The position numbers and the translations under genes are program-made. Below, in pieces: positions 36,541 to 46,661 of a stretch of 64,000 nucleotides of DNA. The notes beneath the pieces are model-generated. The model saw nothing but the letters and a program-made list of their open reading frames with translations, did not search any database and was not told the DNA's origin. Positions within the stretch are counted from its first letter, which is position 1. Every line of letters begins with the position of its first letter. Source of the DNA: Candidatus Latescibacterota bacterium (lineage in GTDB: Bacteria; Latescibacterota; UBA2968; UBA8231); the NCBI GenBank assembly GCA_965204725.1, contig OZ242005.1:1152001-1216000 (forward strand), written 5' to 3'.

Positions 36541-38307
36541 TCAGGGAACCGACAACTTCCGCACATACACGTAATAAGGGGCGATGGTCCGCTCGGCGCG
36601 ATCGTAGAACGAGGCGTAGAGCCGATCGGGGCCAGCGGCGAGGTCGAGCTCAAAGCAGACGCTCGGCGCGTGGGGATCGACTTCGCGCTGGAGATTCTGG
36701 CCGCCGATTGTTAGCTGCGCCCAGCCGAGGGCGAGGGCGACCCCACCTTCGTAGGCCGGGGCCTCTTTGGGCAGGATGCCGGCGCGGTACCAGCCGCTGT
36801 CGTCGCCCTCAATGCCCGCCGCCAGCGCGTAGTCGGTTTCCTCGGGCCAGCGCCGCAGCTCAATCTGGTAGCGGCCCGCCTCTTTGACCTCAACGGCCCA
36901 AAAACCACTCGTGACCTGCCCGGCGCGGACTTGGCGCTGATTCCAGACGGCACTACACGCCTCATTGCGGATGTCGTGGGTGGTGAGTTTGACCGGTTGG
37001 TCGTCCCCGCCCAAGGCCATGGGTTCGTCGCGGTCGAACTGCGCGGACACGAGCGTCCACCAGTCATCGTACGCAGCGCGCAGGTCGGCGACCCTGTCGG
37101 GATGCGCTGCGGCGACATCTTGCCGCTGGCCGGGATCGGCGTCGAGATCGTAGAGCGCGCGGCCGTCAATGAGCCGCCACTTGCCCTTCATCACCGCGCT
37201 CTTGCGCCACTTGACCGGATTGGCCACGCGCTGGGTGTCGCAGACGTTGACGCGCTCGGCCCAAGCGGCCTCATCTGCGCCGCGCAGCAGCGGCCCTAAG
37301 CTCTGGCCGTGGAAGGTGCGGCCGGCCGGGACTTCCACCTCGCACAAGTCGAGCAGGGTCGGCATGAAATCCACGTAGCTGGTCAGCGCGTCGATGTCGC
37401 GGCCGCCGGCGATGTGCCCGCTGGGGTAGCGGATGAGAAAGGGCACGCGATGACCGCCTTCGTAAGGGGACCCTTTTTTGCCGCGCATTCCAGCGTTGTA
37501 GCTACCCGGCCCTTCGCAAGGGAACTGATCGGCGTCTAATTCGACGCCCGTGGCTGTGCCGTTGTCGGTCATAAAGACGAGGATGGTATGATCGGCGATT
37601 CCGAGCGCGTCGAGTGCGTCCTGCAAGCGGCCAAAGTTTTCGTCGATGTTGGTGATCATGCCGTAGAACCGGGCGCGGTCTTCGTGCGGAGTGACGTCGC
37701 GGTAGGGCTCGACGTAGCGCGGCTCGACGTTGAGCGGCCCGTGCGGCGCGTTGGTCGCGATGTAACAGAAAAAGGGCTGGTCGGCGTTTTCTGCGATAAA
37801 GCGCCGGCCCTCGCGGAAGAACACGTCCGTACAGTAGCCCTCATATCGAGTGGGGACGCCGTTTTTGAAATAGGTGTCGTCAAAGTAGTCGTTGCCCCAA
37901 GCGTCGCCGGTGTTGCCGATGCCGCCGCCGGCGTGATAGATGGATTCGGCAAAGCCGCGCTCGTGCGGACGATAAGGGGGGCTGTCGCCGAGGTGCCACT
38001 TGCCGAAGTGCCCGGTGCGGTAGCCGGTGCCCGCGAGCGCGTCCGCGAGGGTCCACTCGTCGCGGCGCAATAGGGAGCGCCCGCCGATGGTGTGCCAAAC
38101 GCCCGCGCTGTTGCAATAGTGCCCGGTGAGCAGGCCGGCGCGGGTGGGGGCGCAGGTGGAGCCGACGTGGTAATCGGTGAAGCGCACGGCGTCTTGGTGG
38201 AAGCGGTCGAGGCAGGGCGTGCGGATTGCGCTGTTGCCGTGGCAGCCCAAGTCGCCGTAGCCTTGGTCGTCGGTGAGCACGAAGACGATGTTGGGGCGTG
38301 GGGCCAT
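36541..38307 (-). CDS. Arylsulfatase
   Basis: PNIVFVLTDDQGYGD, CAPTR, GKWHLG, TDNG, GKKGSPYEGGHRVP. Confidence 0.95.
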   Translation of the reverse strand: MAPRPNIVFVLTDDQGYGDLGCHGNSAIRTPCLDRFHQDAVRFTDYHVGSTCAPTRAGLLTGHYCNSAGVWHTIGGRSLLRRDEWTLADALAGTGYRTGHFGKWHLGDSPPYRPHERGFAESIYHAGGGIGNTGDAWGNDYFDDTYFKNGVPTRYEGYCTDVFFREGRRFIAENADQPFFCYIATNAPHGPLNVEPRYVEPYRDVTPHEDRARFYGMITNIDENFGRLQDALDALGIADHTILVFMTDNGTATGVELDADQFPCEGPGSYNAGMRGKKGSPYEGGHRVPFLIRYPSGHIAGGRDIDALTSYVDFMPTLLDLCEVEVPAGRTFHGQSLGPLLRGADEAAWAERVNVCDTQRVANPVKWRKSAVMKGKWRLIDGRALYDLDADPGQRQDVAAAHPDRVADLRAAYDDWWTLVSAQFDRDEPMALGGDDQPVKLTTHDIRNEACSAVWNQRQVRAGQVTSGFWAVEVKEAGRYQIELRRWPEETDYALAAGIEGDDSGWYRAGILPKEAPAYEGGVALALGWAQLTIGGQNLQREVDPHAPSVCFELDLAAGPDRLYASFYDRAERTIAPYYVYVRKLSVP

Positions 38308-38308
38308 G

Positions 38309-39049
38309 CTATTGTTCCTGTTGGGCGCGCCACGCTTCGTATTCGGCGCGGGCTTCTTCGCTGAGGGGGTAGTACTTGCGCAGGTGTCCCCCCTCGGCCA
38401 GCTTCATGCGGCTAAAGTCCTCCCACTCGGCGTGGGCTTGGGCCTTTTCGGTGAGTTCGGGGGCGAGCTGGGCCGGGACGACGGTGGCGCCGTCGTCGTC
38501 GGCGACGATGATGTCGCCGGGCATAACTAAGGTGTCGCCGCAAGCGATGGGCACGTTGACGGCAAAGGGGAAGATGTTGGTTTGGGTGTGGAAGTTGGGC
38601 GTTGTGCCGCGCAGCCAAAGCCCGAGGTCGAGGTCTTTGAGCACCTTGGGAAAGTCGCGGATGCAGCCATCGATGACTGCGCCTTGGCCGCCGCGCCCCA
38701 TGAAGAAGGTAAGCATCATCTCGCCGAAAACCCCGCTGTGCATGTCGCCGCGTGCATCGACGACGATGATGTCGCCGGGTTGGGTGTGGTAGAGCGCGTG
38801 GCGGTGGAGCTGTTTTTCCGGGTCGGCGTATTCGTCAACCGAGTATTGGTCTTCGCGCTTGGGCATGAACTGCAAGGTCAGAGCCGGGCCGACGACGTGC
38901 TTGCCTAAGGTGCGGGCGACCGGGCCTTGGATATGGGGGTCGCGGATGCCCAAGCGGGCTAGTTCGCCGGCCGCAGTCGCGCTGGAGATGGGGGCGAGGG
39001 CGTCGATGAGGTCTTTGGGGGGGCGTTGGATGTCGTTCGTTTGGACCAT
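38309..39049 (-). CDS. RraA-like / HMG-CHA aldolase family protein
   Basis: VGPALTL, PGDIIVVDA, GVFGE, IDGCIRD, PGDIIVADDDG; AGGAG RBS. Confidence 0.9.
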   Translation of the reverse strand: MVQTNDIQRPPKDLIDALAPISSATAAGELARLGIRDPHIQGPVARTLGKHVVGPALTLQFMPKREDQYSVDEYADPEKQLHRHALYHTQPGDIIVVDARGDMHSGVFGEMMLTFFMGRGGQGAVIDGCIRDFPKVLKDLDLGLWLRGTTPNFHTQTNIFPFAVNVPIACGDTLVMPGDIIVADDDGATVVPAQLAPELTEKAQAHAEWEDFSRMKLAEGGHLRKYYPLSEEARAEYEAWRAQQEQ

Positions 39050-39132
39050 GATAGCTCCTGTTTGGTCAATGAGGTTTGGGCACAATTTATACTCTTTGGC
39101 GTTAGAGGCAAATTTTAACTAGGAGGAAGATT

Positions 39133-40227
39133 ATGACGGTGGAAGATCGCGGCTCGGCCATTCGGGTTGAGCACCTGACGGCTATTCCGGTGGGGGGCAA
39201 AGGCTACGTGAAGGTGGAGACGAATATGGGGGTGGTCGGCTGGGGCGAAATCAACAATGTGGAGACTAAGGTCGCCTGCGCCTTGGCCGAGTCGCTGGGC
39301 TCGCTCATCATCGGAGAAAACCCGACGCGCATTGAGTTCCACTGGCAGCGGCTGTTCCGCGCGCACCGCAACCTGCGCGGCGGCGGGCTGATGATGCACG
39401 TGATTGCGGCCATTGACATGGCGCTGTGGGACCTTGCCGGCAAGCTCTATCAGGTGCCGGTGTATCGCTTGTTGGGCGGTCCCTGCCGCGACAAGGTGTG
39501 GATGTACCCGAGTTCCAAGGCGATCAAGGTCAGCCCCGGCGGCGCACGCTATCACGCGGGTACGCCCGCTGAGGTGGCGGAACTGGTGCAGCGCGTGGCC
39601 GCTGCCCGTGCCAAGGTGGGGCCGGATGGCGCCGTGATGTTCGATGCCCACAGCATGTTGCCGCTGCCGCTGGTCAAGCAATTTTCCGGTTATCTCAAGC
39701 CGGACGATTTGCTTTTTTTGGAAGAGGCGTGGGTGCCGGGCAACATTGAGGCCATGCACAAGCTGCGCGCGGCCGTGCCCGTGCCGTTGGCAACTGGGGA
39801 GCGCGACCGCACCATTTGGGAGGTGCGCGAGATTTTGGAGGCCCAAGTCGTCGATATCCTACAGCCCGACTGCGGCCACGGCGGCGGCATCAGCCAGATG
39901 CAGAAGGTCGCCGCTTTGTGCGAGGCGCATCACGTGCCGATTGCCCCGCATTGCACCATGTCGTTTTTGGGCTTGACGGCGAGCTTACACGTGGCGGCAT
40001 CGGTGGCGTTTTTCCTCATCCACGAGGGGTACGAGCACCAGTTGCCGGAAGGCGTGGCGCACAAGACGTGGACTTTGGACGCGGAGGGCTATGCGTCGCT
40101 GCCAGAGGGGCCGGGGTTGGGGGTGGAGATCGACGAGGAACGGGCGATTGCCGTGGGGCAGGAGCGCGCACGGCAGTTTAAGTGGCCGGATAATCGGCTG
40201 CGGGACGGGTCGGTGGCGGATTACTAA
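39133..40227 (+). CDS. Enolase-superfamily acid-sugar dehydratase (galactonate dehydratase-like)
   Basis: VKVETNMGVVGWGE, IDMALWDL, DAH, EE, ATGER, QPD, APH, PGLGVEID. Confidence 0.88.
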   Translation: MTVEDRGSAIRVEHLTAIPVGGKGYVKVETNMGVVGWGEINNVETKVACALAESLGSLIIGENPTRIEFHWQRLFRAHRNLRGGGLMMHVIAAIDMALWDLAGKLYQVPVYRLLGGPCRDKVWMYPSSKAIKVSPGGARYHAGTPAEVAELVQRVAAARAKVGPDGAVMFDAHSMLPLPLVKQFSGYLKPDDLLFLEEAWVPGNIEAMHKLRAAVPVPLATGERDRTIWEVREILEAQVVDILQPDCGHGGGISQMQKVAALCEAHHVPIAPHCTMSFLGLTASLHVAASVAFFLIHEGYEHQLPEGVAHKTWTLDAEGYASLPEGPGLGVEIDEERAIAVGQERARQFKWPDNRLRDGSVADY

Positions 40228-40232
40228 GGCCC

Positions 40233-40275
40233 GCCCCCTTAGCTCCCTTGTGCCGCGAAAGGGAGCTAAGGGGGC
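40233..40275. terminator. 17-bp perfect inverted repeat between convergent genes
   Basis: GCCCCCTTAGCTCCCTT-N9-AAGGGAGCTAAGGGGGC; no U-tract. Confidence 0.65.
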
Positions 40276-40290
40276 AGGTAATTCGGTCTG

Positions 40291-42522
40291 CTAGTCTTCT
40301 TCTTCTACTTCTACTACTTCTATCTCAAGAGTTTGCACCCCTTCGAGCAGTAAATCGACGTCCTCTTGCGTAGAAATGGGCGCGGGAGGGGCAAAAGGCG
40401 GAAACGCATCTTCGGGTTCTTCTTCTCCTGCAAATTCCCCCTCCTCGCCTTCTCCTGCAAACTCCCCCTCCTCGCCTTCTCCTGCAAATTCTCCCTCCTC
40501 GCCTTCTCCTGCAAATTCTCCCTCCTCGCCTTCTCCTGCAGGCGGCTCGGGAAAGAATTCTGGCTCGGGTGGCGAGAAAAACGTCAGGCGAGCTTTTAAG
40601 AGGACGTTTTCGTCGGGTCTGTTGAGTCGTGCAAAAACATCGTCGAGCGTTTGTGCTCCCTCAAAACCGTCAAAGCCCCAACCATTAGGATCGTCAAAGC
40701 CCCAATCGTCAGGCCCTAAGACTGCGGCAGACCCCACTTCGAGTTGGTAAAAGCCGGGGGGCAGTGTGTCCGGTACGCTGAGGGCCAGCTCGACTTGCTG
40801 GTCATTGCGTCGTCCCACGCGCAGCGAAGTGGTAATCGCCAGTGTGCTGCCCAGACTGACGACCGTGTCGGCCTCAACCTCCGCTACGATGGCAAAACGA
40901 GTCTCGGGAATCACTTCGACATGCACCTCGGCGGAGCGCACCTGCAAGGCGTAATCGTTGCGCGTCATAAGCTCCCCGAGTGCGAAGCCCACGTCGTCAT
41001 AGGCATTATAGACGGAAGCCAAAAGCTGGCCTCCCGGCGAGGAGTAGAGCCGGGAACGAGCGAGCGTTGAATCGGTGCCGACAAAAGAAATATCCGTCGC
41101 CACGCGGACGCTGTGCTCAGGATCGTTGTCGATCCGGTTGAGCAAGGGAGAAAAGAATGCCCGGGAGACGAGGGCCTGCGAGGTATATGGACCGATGCTG
41201 ACGGCCATCCGGTGCGCGAGTTCGAGTTCGCTTCCCGAAGGAAACGCATAGACGCTCTTAATCGGTATTAATTCCGGGTCCTCGCCCAGTACGCCGCGCA
41301 CGGCCGGCAAACGGTCTTCGGTCAGGGTGCCGCGCACCGTTGGATTCAGGGTCGAGTACTTGAACGGGGCGGCCCAGTGGGAAATTTCCCCGAGGACCCG
41401 GGCTTCGATTATGGGAAGCTCGACCGGCCCCGCACTAGACATTGGATGCCCAAACCCATATACCCGGTTGCCGTCCATGTACGATACGGTTCCCAACGAA
41501 CCCAGCGTAATCTCCCCGAGCAACAACCCAACGGTCAGGGGCCGGCCGGCCTCAAAGCTCGCTTGGCGCTCTTGGGTTATGCCAGCGGAACTAGCTTGGC
41601 TCAGGATGGACGCTTTCCCTTCAGGCAGCGGATGGACGCTATTGAGTCCCGTGCTTAGCAAGGGAATTTCCAAGGGCGTTATGCGGTTCCCGGTCCACGT
41701 GGTCGCGGGTTTGGCCACGGGCACCGTTCCCCGCGTGCCGATGACCCACTCTATGGGGGTGGCAAAAAAGTAGTACGGCGGGCTGTCTTGGCCATCAAAA
41801 CTATAAGCCGCGGCCCCCCAAGTGCCCTGCTCGGTAAAAATGGGCGAACCGCTCATCCCCGCAGCAATGCCCCCGAGCTGGATCAAAACGGGATCGGAGG
41901 CTTCTAACATGTAAATCGGCATGGGGGCCAAGAAATCATCAACCACTTGGACGAACTTCACTGCAAAATCGGCCAGTTCGCCGTGGGCAAATTCAGTGCG
42001 CAGGAATGCGGGCGTCCCCACGGGCATGGAGCGGACCTCGTCAGCCGAGACAATGGACGACAGATCCCAAGGCTTTAACTCCCCGGTGGGCCGCACAACC
42101 GCTTCGGCTGGGTCCCGCAGCGAATGGGCCGCGGCCAGCATGGAATCGGCGGCCGCGAGCATGGTCTGGGCGGCGGCGAGCATGGAGTCGGCATCGGCGG
42201 CGACCGTTGAATCGGCGTCGGCCGCGACCATGGCGTTGGCCGCCGTCAGCATCGAGCTCGCGTTAGCCTTCATAGTTTGGGCGGCGGCGAGCATGGAGTC
42301 GGCGTCGGCGGCTACTGTCGAATCGGCGTCGGCGGCGACCATGGCATTGGCCGCCGTCAGCATGGAATCGGCCGTGGCTAGCATGGTCTGGGCGGTGGCC
42401 ATCATGGCATCGGCTCTGGCGATCATCGAATCGACGGCCGCCGCTGTGGGGGCAGAATCGTCGTCGTCTCCACAACTCCACAGACCGAGGGCGAGGGCGA
42501 ATAGGGCTAAACGGATCGACAT
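40291..42522 (-). CDS. Lipoprotein with SpoIVB peptidase S55 domain and low-complexity repeats
   Basis: Lipobox LWSC; GGIAAGMSGSPI catalytic-Ser motif; GTVSYMDGNRVYGFGHPM. Confidence 0.85.
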   Translation of the reverse strand: MSIRLALFALALGLWSCGDDDDSAPTAAAVDSMIARADAMMATAQTMLATADSMLTAANAMVAADADSTVAADADSMLAAAQTMKANASSMLTAANAMVAADADSTVAADADSMLAAAQTMLAAADSMLAAAHSLRDPAEAVVRPTGELKPWDLSSIVSADEVRSMPVGTPAFLRTEFAHGELADFAVKFVQVVDDFLAPMPIYMLEASDPVLIQLGGIAAGMSGSPIFTEQGTWGAAAYSFDGQDSPPYYFFATPIEWVIGTRGTVPVAKPATTWTGNRITPLEIPLLSTGLNSVHPLPEGKASILSQASSAGITQERQASFEAGRPLTVGLLLGEITLGSLGTVSYMDGNRVYGFGHPMSSAGPVELPIIEARVLGEISHWAAPFKYSTLNPTVRGTLTEDRLPAVRGVLGEDPELIPIKSVYAFPSGSELELAHRMAVSIGPYTSQALVSRAFFSPLLNRIDNDPEHSVRVATDISFVGTDSTLARSRLYSSPGGQLLASVYNAYDDVGFALGELMTRNDYALQVRSAEVHVEVIPETRFAIVAEVEADTVVSLGSTLAITTSLRVGRRNDQQVELALSVPDTLPPGFYQLEVGSAAVLGPDDWGFDDPNGWGFDGFEGAQTLDDVFARLNRPDENVLLKARLTFFSPPEPEFFPEPPAGEGEEGEFAGEGEEGEFAGEGEEGEFAGEGEEGEFAGEEEPEDAFPPFAPPAPISTQEDVDLLLEGVQTLEIEVVEVEEED
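40423..40540 (-). repeat. 27-bp coding tandem repeat x4.4 (GEGEEGEFA)
   Basis: TTCTCCTGCAAATTCYCCCTCCTCGCC units read directly. Confidence 0.92.
42160..42395 (-). repeat. 111-bp coding duplication built from 7-8 aa AADSM sub-repeats
   Basis: Units start at 42160, 42271 and 42382 (partial); SMLTAANAMVAADADSTVAADADSMLAAAQTM occurs twice. Confidence 0.85.
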
Positions 42523-42665
42523 AATAGGTGTTCTCCTAAGTTGGTGTATGCGATGGGTGCAGTTCGATGTTCTCCAGTTCCGTCGGGAAAATCCGCCCTG
42601 CGTGGAGTAGCGGGAATTCTAAACGCAACCTCCTCTTTGTGCAAAGTTAGCCCGCGACGTGGTTA

Positions 42666-43430
42666 TCAGACGCAGCCTGGGTGCTCGCGCCCGCGCAACA
42701 GAGGGTATTCGGGCTTGTCCTCGGGGCGGCCCGTCCAGTGCGAGCGCGCACTCATGTAATGAGTGGCCATGCCGCGGCGGCGCGTAGTGGTCTGGTTGGG
42801 ACCGGAGCGGTGCAAGAGCAGGCTGTGGTGGAAGGAGCAGTCGCCCGCTTGCAACAGGATGGGCCGTTCGCGCTGGCGATCGATGGCGGCATCGGGAACC
42901 TTTTTGTCTTGTCGCGGGCCGACCATCCACACCTCGCTGTGGTCCACTAGCCCCTCGCGGTGGCTGCCCGGCACGACCCACAAGCAGCCGTTTTCAAGGG
43001 TGACATCGTCTAAGGCGACCCAAGCGGTGGCCAGAGCCATCGGCGCGATGTGGAAGTACGCGGAGTCTTGGTGATAGGTTTTTTCAACGCCGCCCGGTCC
43101 CTTGATAAAAACTTGGTCGCCGAAGAGCTTGACGTCCGGGCCGAGTAGTTCGACGACTGCGGTGAGGAGAGGTTCCCGCGCTGCGTGGTCGCGGAAGAAG
43201 GCATCGCATTGGGAGGGGCCGTTGATCTTGCGCAAGTGATCGATGTGGCGTTGCCGCGGCGCGTTGGGATCGAACTCAATGCGCGCCTCGGGGAAGGGCA
43301 AGACGCCCGAGGCGATCCCCTCTAGGTGGGCGCGGAGTGCGCTCACGTCTGCGGCGGAGAGGGCGTTTTTCAAGATGGTGTACCCGTCTTGCTGGTACTG
43401 GGCGATTTGTTCGGGGCTGAGCGCGGACAT
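42666..43430 (-). CDS. Phytanoyl-CoA dioxygenase (PhyH) family Fe/2OG enzyme
   Basis: YHQD, WVALDD..LENGCL.VVPGSH, LHRSGPN; GGAGG RBS. Confidence 0.92.
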   Translation of the reverse strand: MSALSPEQIAQYQQDGYTILKNALSAADVSALRAHLEGIASGVLPFPEARIEFDPNAPRQRHIDHLRKINGPSQCDAFFRDHAAREPLLTAVVELLGPDVKLFGDQVFIKGPGGVEKTYHQDSAYFHIAPMALATAWVALDDVTLENGCLWVVPGSHREGLVDHSEVWMVGPRQDKKVPDAAIDRQRERPILLQAGDCSFHHSLLLHRSGPNQTTTRRRGMATHYMSARSHWTGRPEDKPEYPLLRGREHPGCV

Positions 43431-43441
43431 GGTCCTCCAAT

Positions 43442-44773
43442 TTAGGTGATCTCTGCCAGCGCGTTCCCCACAGCGGCAACTAACCCGTCGATATGCCCAG
43501 CGTCCATGGGCGTAGAAAGGGCACACATGCCAAGCCCCGGGCCGAGGAAGTACCCTTGCTCGATGAGCGAGAGAAAGAGCGGTTGAACGAGGGTTTGGTC
43601 GGCCACGGCGAGGTCGCGGTAGTTGGCGATGGGAGTGCCAGCAAAGTGGATGCTAAAGACCGATCCCGTGCAGACCGCTTGGGCGGCGACCGCGCGGGCG
43701 GCAAAGAGCGCGTTGAGCTGGTCCTTTAAGCGCGCTCCGAGTGCGTTGAGGTGGGCGATGGCTTGCGGCGTCAGCTCGCTCAAGGTCGCCATACCAGCGG
43801 CCATGGCCACGGGATGGGCACTAAAGGTGCCGCTCTGGAAAAAGCCGGTGGATTGCTGCGAGTTGTCGAATAGGTCCATCAGGTCGGCCCGGCCGCCAAA
43901 GGCCCCCACCGGAAAGCCGCCGCCGATGATCTTGCCAAAGCAACTCAAGTCTGGGTCGATGCCGTACCGGCCCTGCAAGCCGCCCGTGCCCACGCGGAAC
44001 CCCACGATTTCGTCGAAGATGAGCAAGACCTCGTGGCGGCGGGTGATGTCGCGCACGGCGCGGGCAAAGTCCGGCTGTACGTCTAGGATGCCGGCCTTGG
44101 GGTCAAAGAGGACGCAGGCGAGCTCGCCCGCATGCGCGGCGACGAGCCGCTCGACGGCCTCGGGGTCGTGATAGGGGAGGATGAGGGCTTCGGACGCGGC
44201 CGACGGGGACATGCCGGCGACCCCGGGCAGCGCGGCGGGCGCGGCGGCTGGGCCGGCTTGGTCTAGGGGCGGGGCCACGCTGATCTCTACGGCGTCGTGG
44301 CTGCCGTGGTAGCCGCCCTCGAACTTGGCGATCTTGCCGCGCTGCGTAAAGCCTCGCGCCAAGCGAATCGCGTGTAGGGTAGCCTCGGTGCCGGAGTTGA
44401 CAAAGCGAATCCGCTCCAGCGCATCCACCCGGCTGCACATCGCGCGGGCGATCTCGCTCTCAATGCCGGTGGGGGTGCCCAAGGCAATGCCCTGTTGCAT
44501 CTGCTCGCGCACGGCCGCCTCCACGCGCTCGTGCCCGTGCCCGAGGACTTGGGCCGTGTGGTGGTTGGCGCAATCGACGTAGCGGTGCCCATCGACATCC
44601 CACAGGTAGCAGCCCTTGCCGCGGGCCATGGCGAGCGGATAAGGCGGGTAGTAATACGCGCCTTTGGCCGCACCGGCCGTATAGACGCGGCCCTGCTCAA
44701 AAAGGGCGCGGGAACGAGGGTTTGCGCAGCGATAGCGCGCTTGGCACACTTCTATCAATCGAGCTGAATCCAA
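43442..44773 (-). CDS. Class III PLP aminotransferase (glutamate-1-semialdehyde aminomutase-like); start uncertain
   Basis: LWDVDG, NSGTEA, YHG, LIFDEIVGFR, FGKIIGGGFPVGAFGG, GTF. Confidence 0.9.
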   Translation of the reverse strand: MDSARLIEVCQARYRCANPRSRALFEQGRVYTAGAAKGAYYYPPYPLAMARGKGCYLWDVDGHRYVDCANHHTAQVLGHGHERVEAAVREQMQQGIALGTPTGIESEIARAMCSRVDALERIRFVNSGTEATLHAIRLARGFTQRGKIAKFEGGYHGSHDAVEISVAPPLDQAGPAAAPAALPGVAGMSPSAASEALILPYHDPEAVERLVAAHAGELACVLFDPKAGILDVQPDFARAVRDITRRHEVLLIFDEIVGFRVGTGGLQGRYGIDPDLSCFGKIIGGGFPVGAFGGRADLMDLFDNSQQSTGFFQSGTFSAHPVAMAAGMATLSELTPQAIAHLNALGARLKDQLNALFAARAVAAQAVCTGSVFSIHFAGTPIANYRDLAVADQTLVQPLFLSLIEQGYFLGPGLGMCALSTPMDAGHIDGLVAAVGNALAEIT

Positions 44774-45489
44774 TTTTTCTGGTAATTGATGGTCTGTAGA
44801 ATAGCGTTTTCAGGGACAGAGGGGACATTCTTTTTGATCCTAAAACGACGAGCCGATCCCGGTACATCGCGTATGATAGTAAATTGACCTCCGTGAAACT
44901 GCCAAGTAAAACAATGTCTGTCGTCCGCCACTCGGTGCCCTTGGATATTACTGTTTTCATTTAATTGCCAAGCGTAGTCCCCCGGGACGTACTGTCTCGC
45001 CTCATCCTCAAACAAGACAAATTCTTTTGACTCCATATTGCGGATCAACACTAGTACGCGCATGTCAGCGTGAGCGCGCCGACTCGCGTTCAAGCGACTG
45101 TTCCATATAGTTAGGACCGCGGCCCCCGTCTTTTGGATATCAGCGCGGGGGTCTGATATACCAAAAGAGTAATCTGGCGAATTCCGTCCAGATATGAGGC
45201 GAACCTTAGATTGATCGACCGGCCTTTTGGCCTTGATAGTTTTGACCGACCAGCCAGAATCATTGAGGGCTACATCGGTCAGTCCGACGGGGCTGTCGTA
45301 GTGGGTTCCCTTGATCGCAGCGGCGAACATATCCCCGAAGTCGTTGCCGGATAGGTCGTTGCGACCAATGGCGTAGCAGTGAACCAAACGCTTGCCAAAC
45401 TCATAGAGAATCTCGTCCGGTATTTGGCCGACGGGCCAAGGCCCTTGTTGAGCTCCGCTGCTTCCGCGTAATCGGGGGGTATTAGACAT
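44755..45489 (-). CDS. Putative type II restriction endonuclease
   Basis: Overlaps the C5-MTase stop by 8 nt; lower GC; PD-(D/E)XK-like LTDV...WSVKT; specificity unknown. Confidence 0.65.
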   Translation of the reverse strand: MSNTPRLRGSSGAQQGPWPVGQIPDEILYEFGKRLVHCYAIGRNDLSGNDFGDMFAAAIKGTHYDSPVGLTDVALNDSGWSVKTIKAKRPVDQSKVRLISGRNSPDYSFGISDPRADIQKTGAAVLTIWNSRLNASRRAHADMRVLVLIRNMESKEFVLFEDEARQYVPGDYAWQLNENSNIQGHRVADDRHCFTWQFHGGQFTIIRDVPGSARRFRIKKNVPSVPENAILQTINYQKNWIQLD

Positions 45490-46474
45490 TGGACAACCGC
45501 TCTAGCACGGAGCGAACTATCGGCACTGGAACCGAGTTCCCAGCCTGCTTGCGGCATTGACCGTCCGTTGTATGTAGCTTAAAACTGTCGGGAAAGCCCT
45601 GTAATCGGAACATCTCTCGGGGCGTGAGGCGACGCTCGCCATCGACGAGAAGATAATTGTAGCTGGCACCTGCTCGCAGGGCACATGAAAACGGATGACT
45701 GGATATGTTGCCGCCTTTATTTTCATGCCATATAGAGGGTCGCACATTTGCAGTATGCGCGTTCTTGCGTTTCTGCCTGATATAGGGCGACGCAAAATGT
45801 CTTGCCGCAGGAGACTTCTCCAACACTTTGGATAGAGGCTTCATTGGTTCACTTCCTTGGGGCCACCTAAAGCTACCCAAGCCGTCCAGTCTGCCAACTA
45901 TAAATACGCGTTCGCGCTTTTGGGGCAGGCCGTAATCGAGTGCATTTAACACTCGATAGTCCACGTCGTATCCAAGCCCACGTAAGGTGCTGAGAATTTT
46001 CTCCATGACTCGGCCTTTTTGGGCTGTCACTAATTGCTTGACGTTCTCCAAAATGAACGCCGTTGGCTGTTTAGCCTTGAGCACTCGCACAATGTGGAAA
46101 AACAAGGTTCCCCGCTCATCGGCAAAACCCGCTCGGTCGCCAATGATACTAAAGGGCTGACAGGGGAAGCCGGCGCAGAGTAGGTCATGGTCTGGGATGT
46201 CCTCTGCCGCGATGCGAGTAATATCGCCTTGCGGTACGATGCCAAAGTTGCTGAAATAGACCTCGCAGGCTGGCGCATCAATGTCGCACGCAAAGACGCA
46301 TTGCAGCCCATGTGCTACCGCCGCAAGATGAAAGCCACCGACACCGCAGAACAGGTCCGTGAAGGTCTGTAAACGCTGCGGCTTCTTTGTACTTTTTGGA
46401 AAGACCAAAGACGACTGAATGGACCTGTTCTGCGGAAAAGTTTCTGGCTCAGTCTGGATAGGGGTATCAACCAT
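45482..46474 (-). CDS. DNA (cytosine-5)-methyltransferase
   Basis: DLFCGVGG, GFPCQPFS, ENV, QKRERVFIVG, RRLTPRE..RLQGFP, GNSV; GGAGG before ATG 46474. Confidence 0.95.
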   Translation of the reverse strand: MVDTPIQTEPETFPQNRSIQSSLVFPKSTKKPQRLQTFTDLFCGVGGFHLAAVAHGLQCVFACDIDAPACEVYFSNFGIVPQGDITRIAAEDIPDHDLLCAGFPCQPFSIIGDRAGFADERGTLFFHIVRVLKAKQPTAFILENVKQLVTAQKGRVMEKILSTLRGLGYDVDYRVLNALDYGLPQKRERVFIVGRLDGLGSFRWPQGSEPMKPLSKVLEKSPAARHFASPYIRQKRKNAHTANVRPSIWHENKGGNISSHPFSCALRAGASYNYLLVDGERRLTPREMFRLQGFPDSFKLHTTDGQCRKQAGNSVPVPIVRSVLERLSNV

Positions 46475-46620
46475 CCAAAACCTCCTCGTAGCTTGATCAT
46501 ATAAACATGCACCAATAGAGTACAAGCGCAATAGGTGCGCCCGCGGCCCCGCTAATTTCGTGGCTGCCGAAGCCCCGGGGAGTTGACGCGGCCCCGGTTC
46601 GCACCCATTCTTCTCAGGTC

Positions 46621-46655
46621 GCTCACCATTCACCACTCACCACTCACCGCTCACC
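46621..46655 (+). repeat. Heptamer tandem repeat (RYTCACC)x5
   Basis: GCTCACC ATTCACC ACTCACC ACTCACC GCTCACC, then ATCGCC and ATG 46662. Confidence 0.85.
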
Positions 46656-46661
46656 ATCGCC

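Noticed and set aside
43442-44773. Calling the aminotransferase hemL
   Set aside because: Family motifs only; no tetrapyrrole gene context, and it is linked to a PhyH gene, so a catabolic paralog is more likely.
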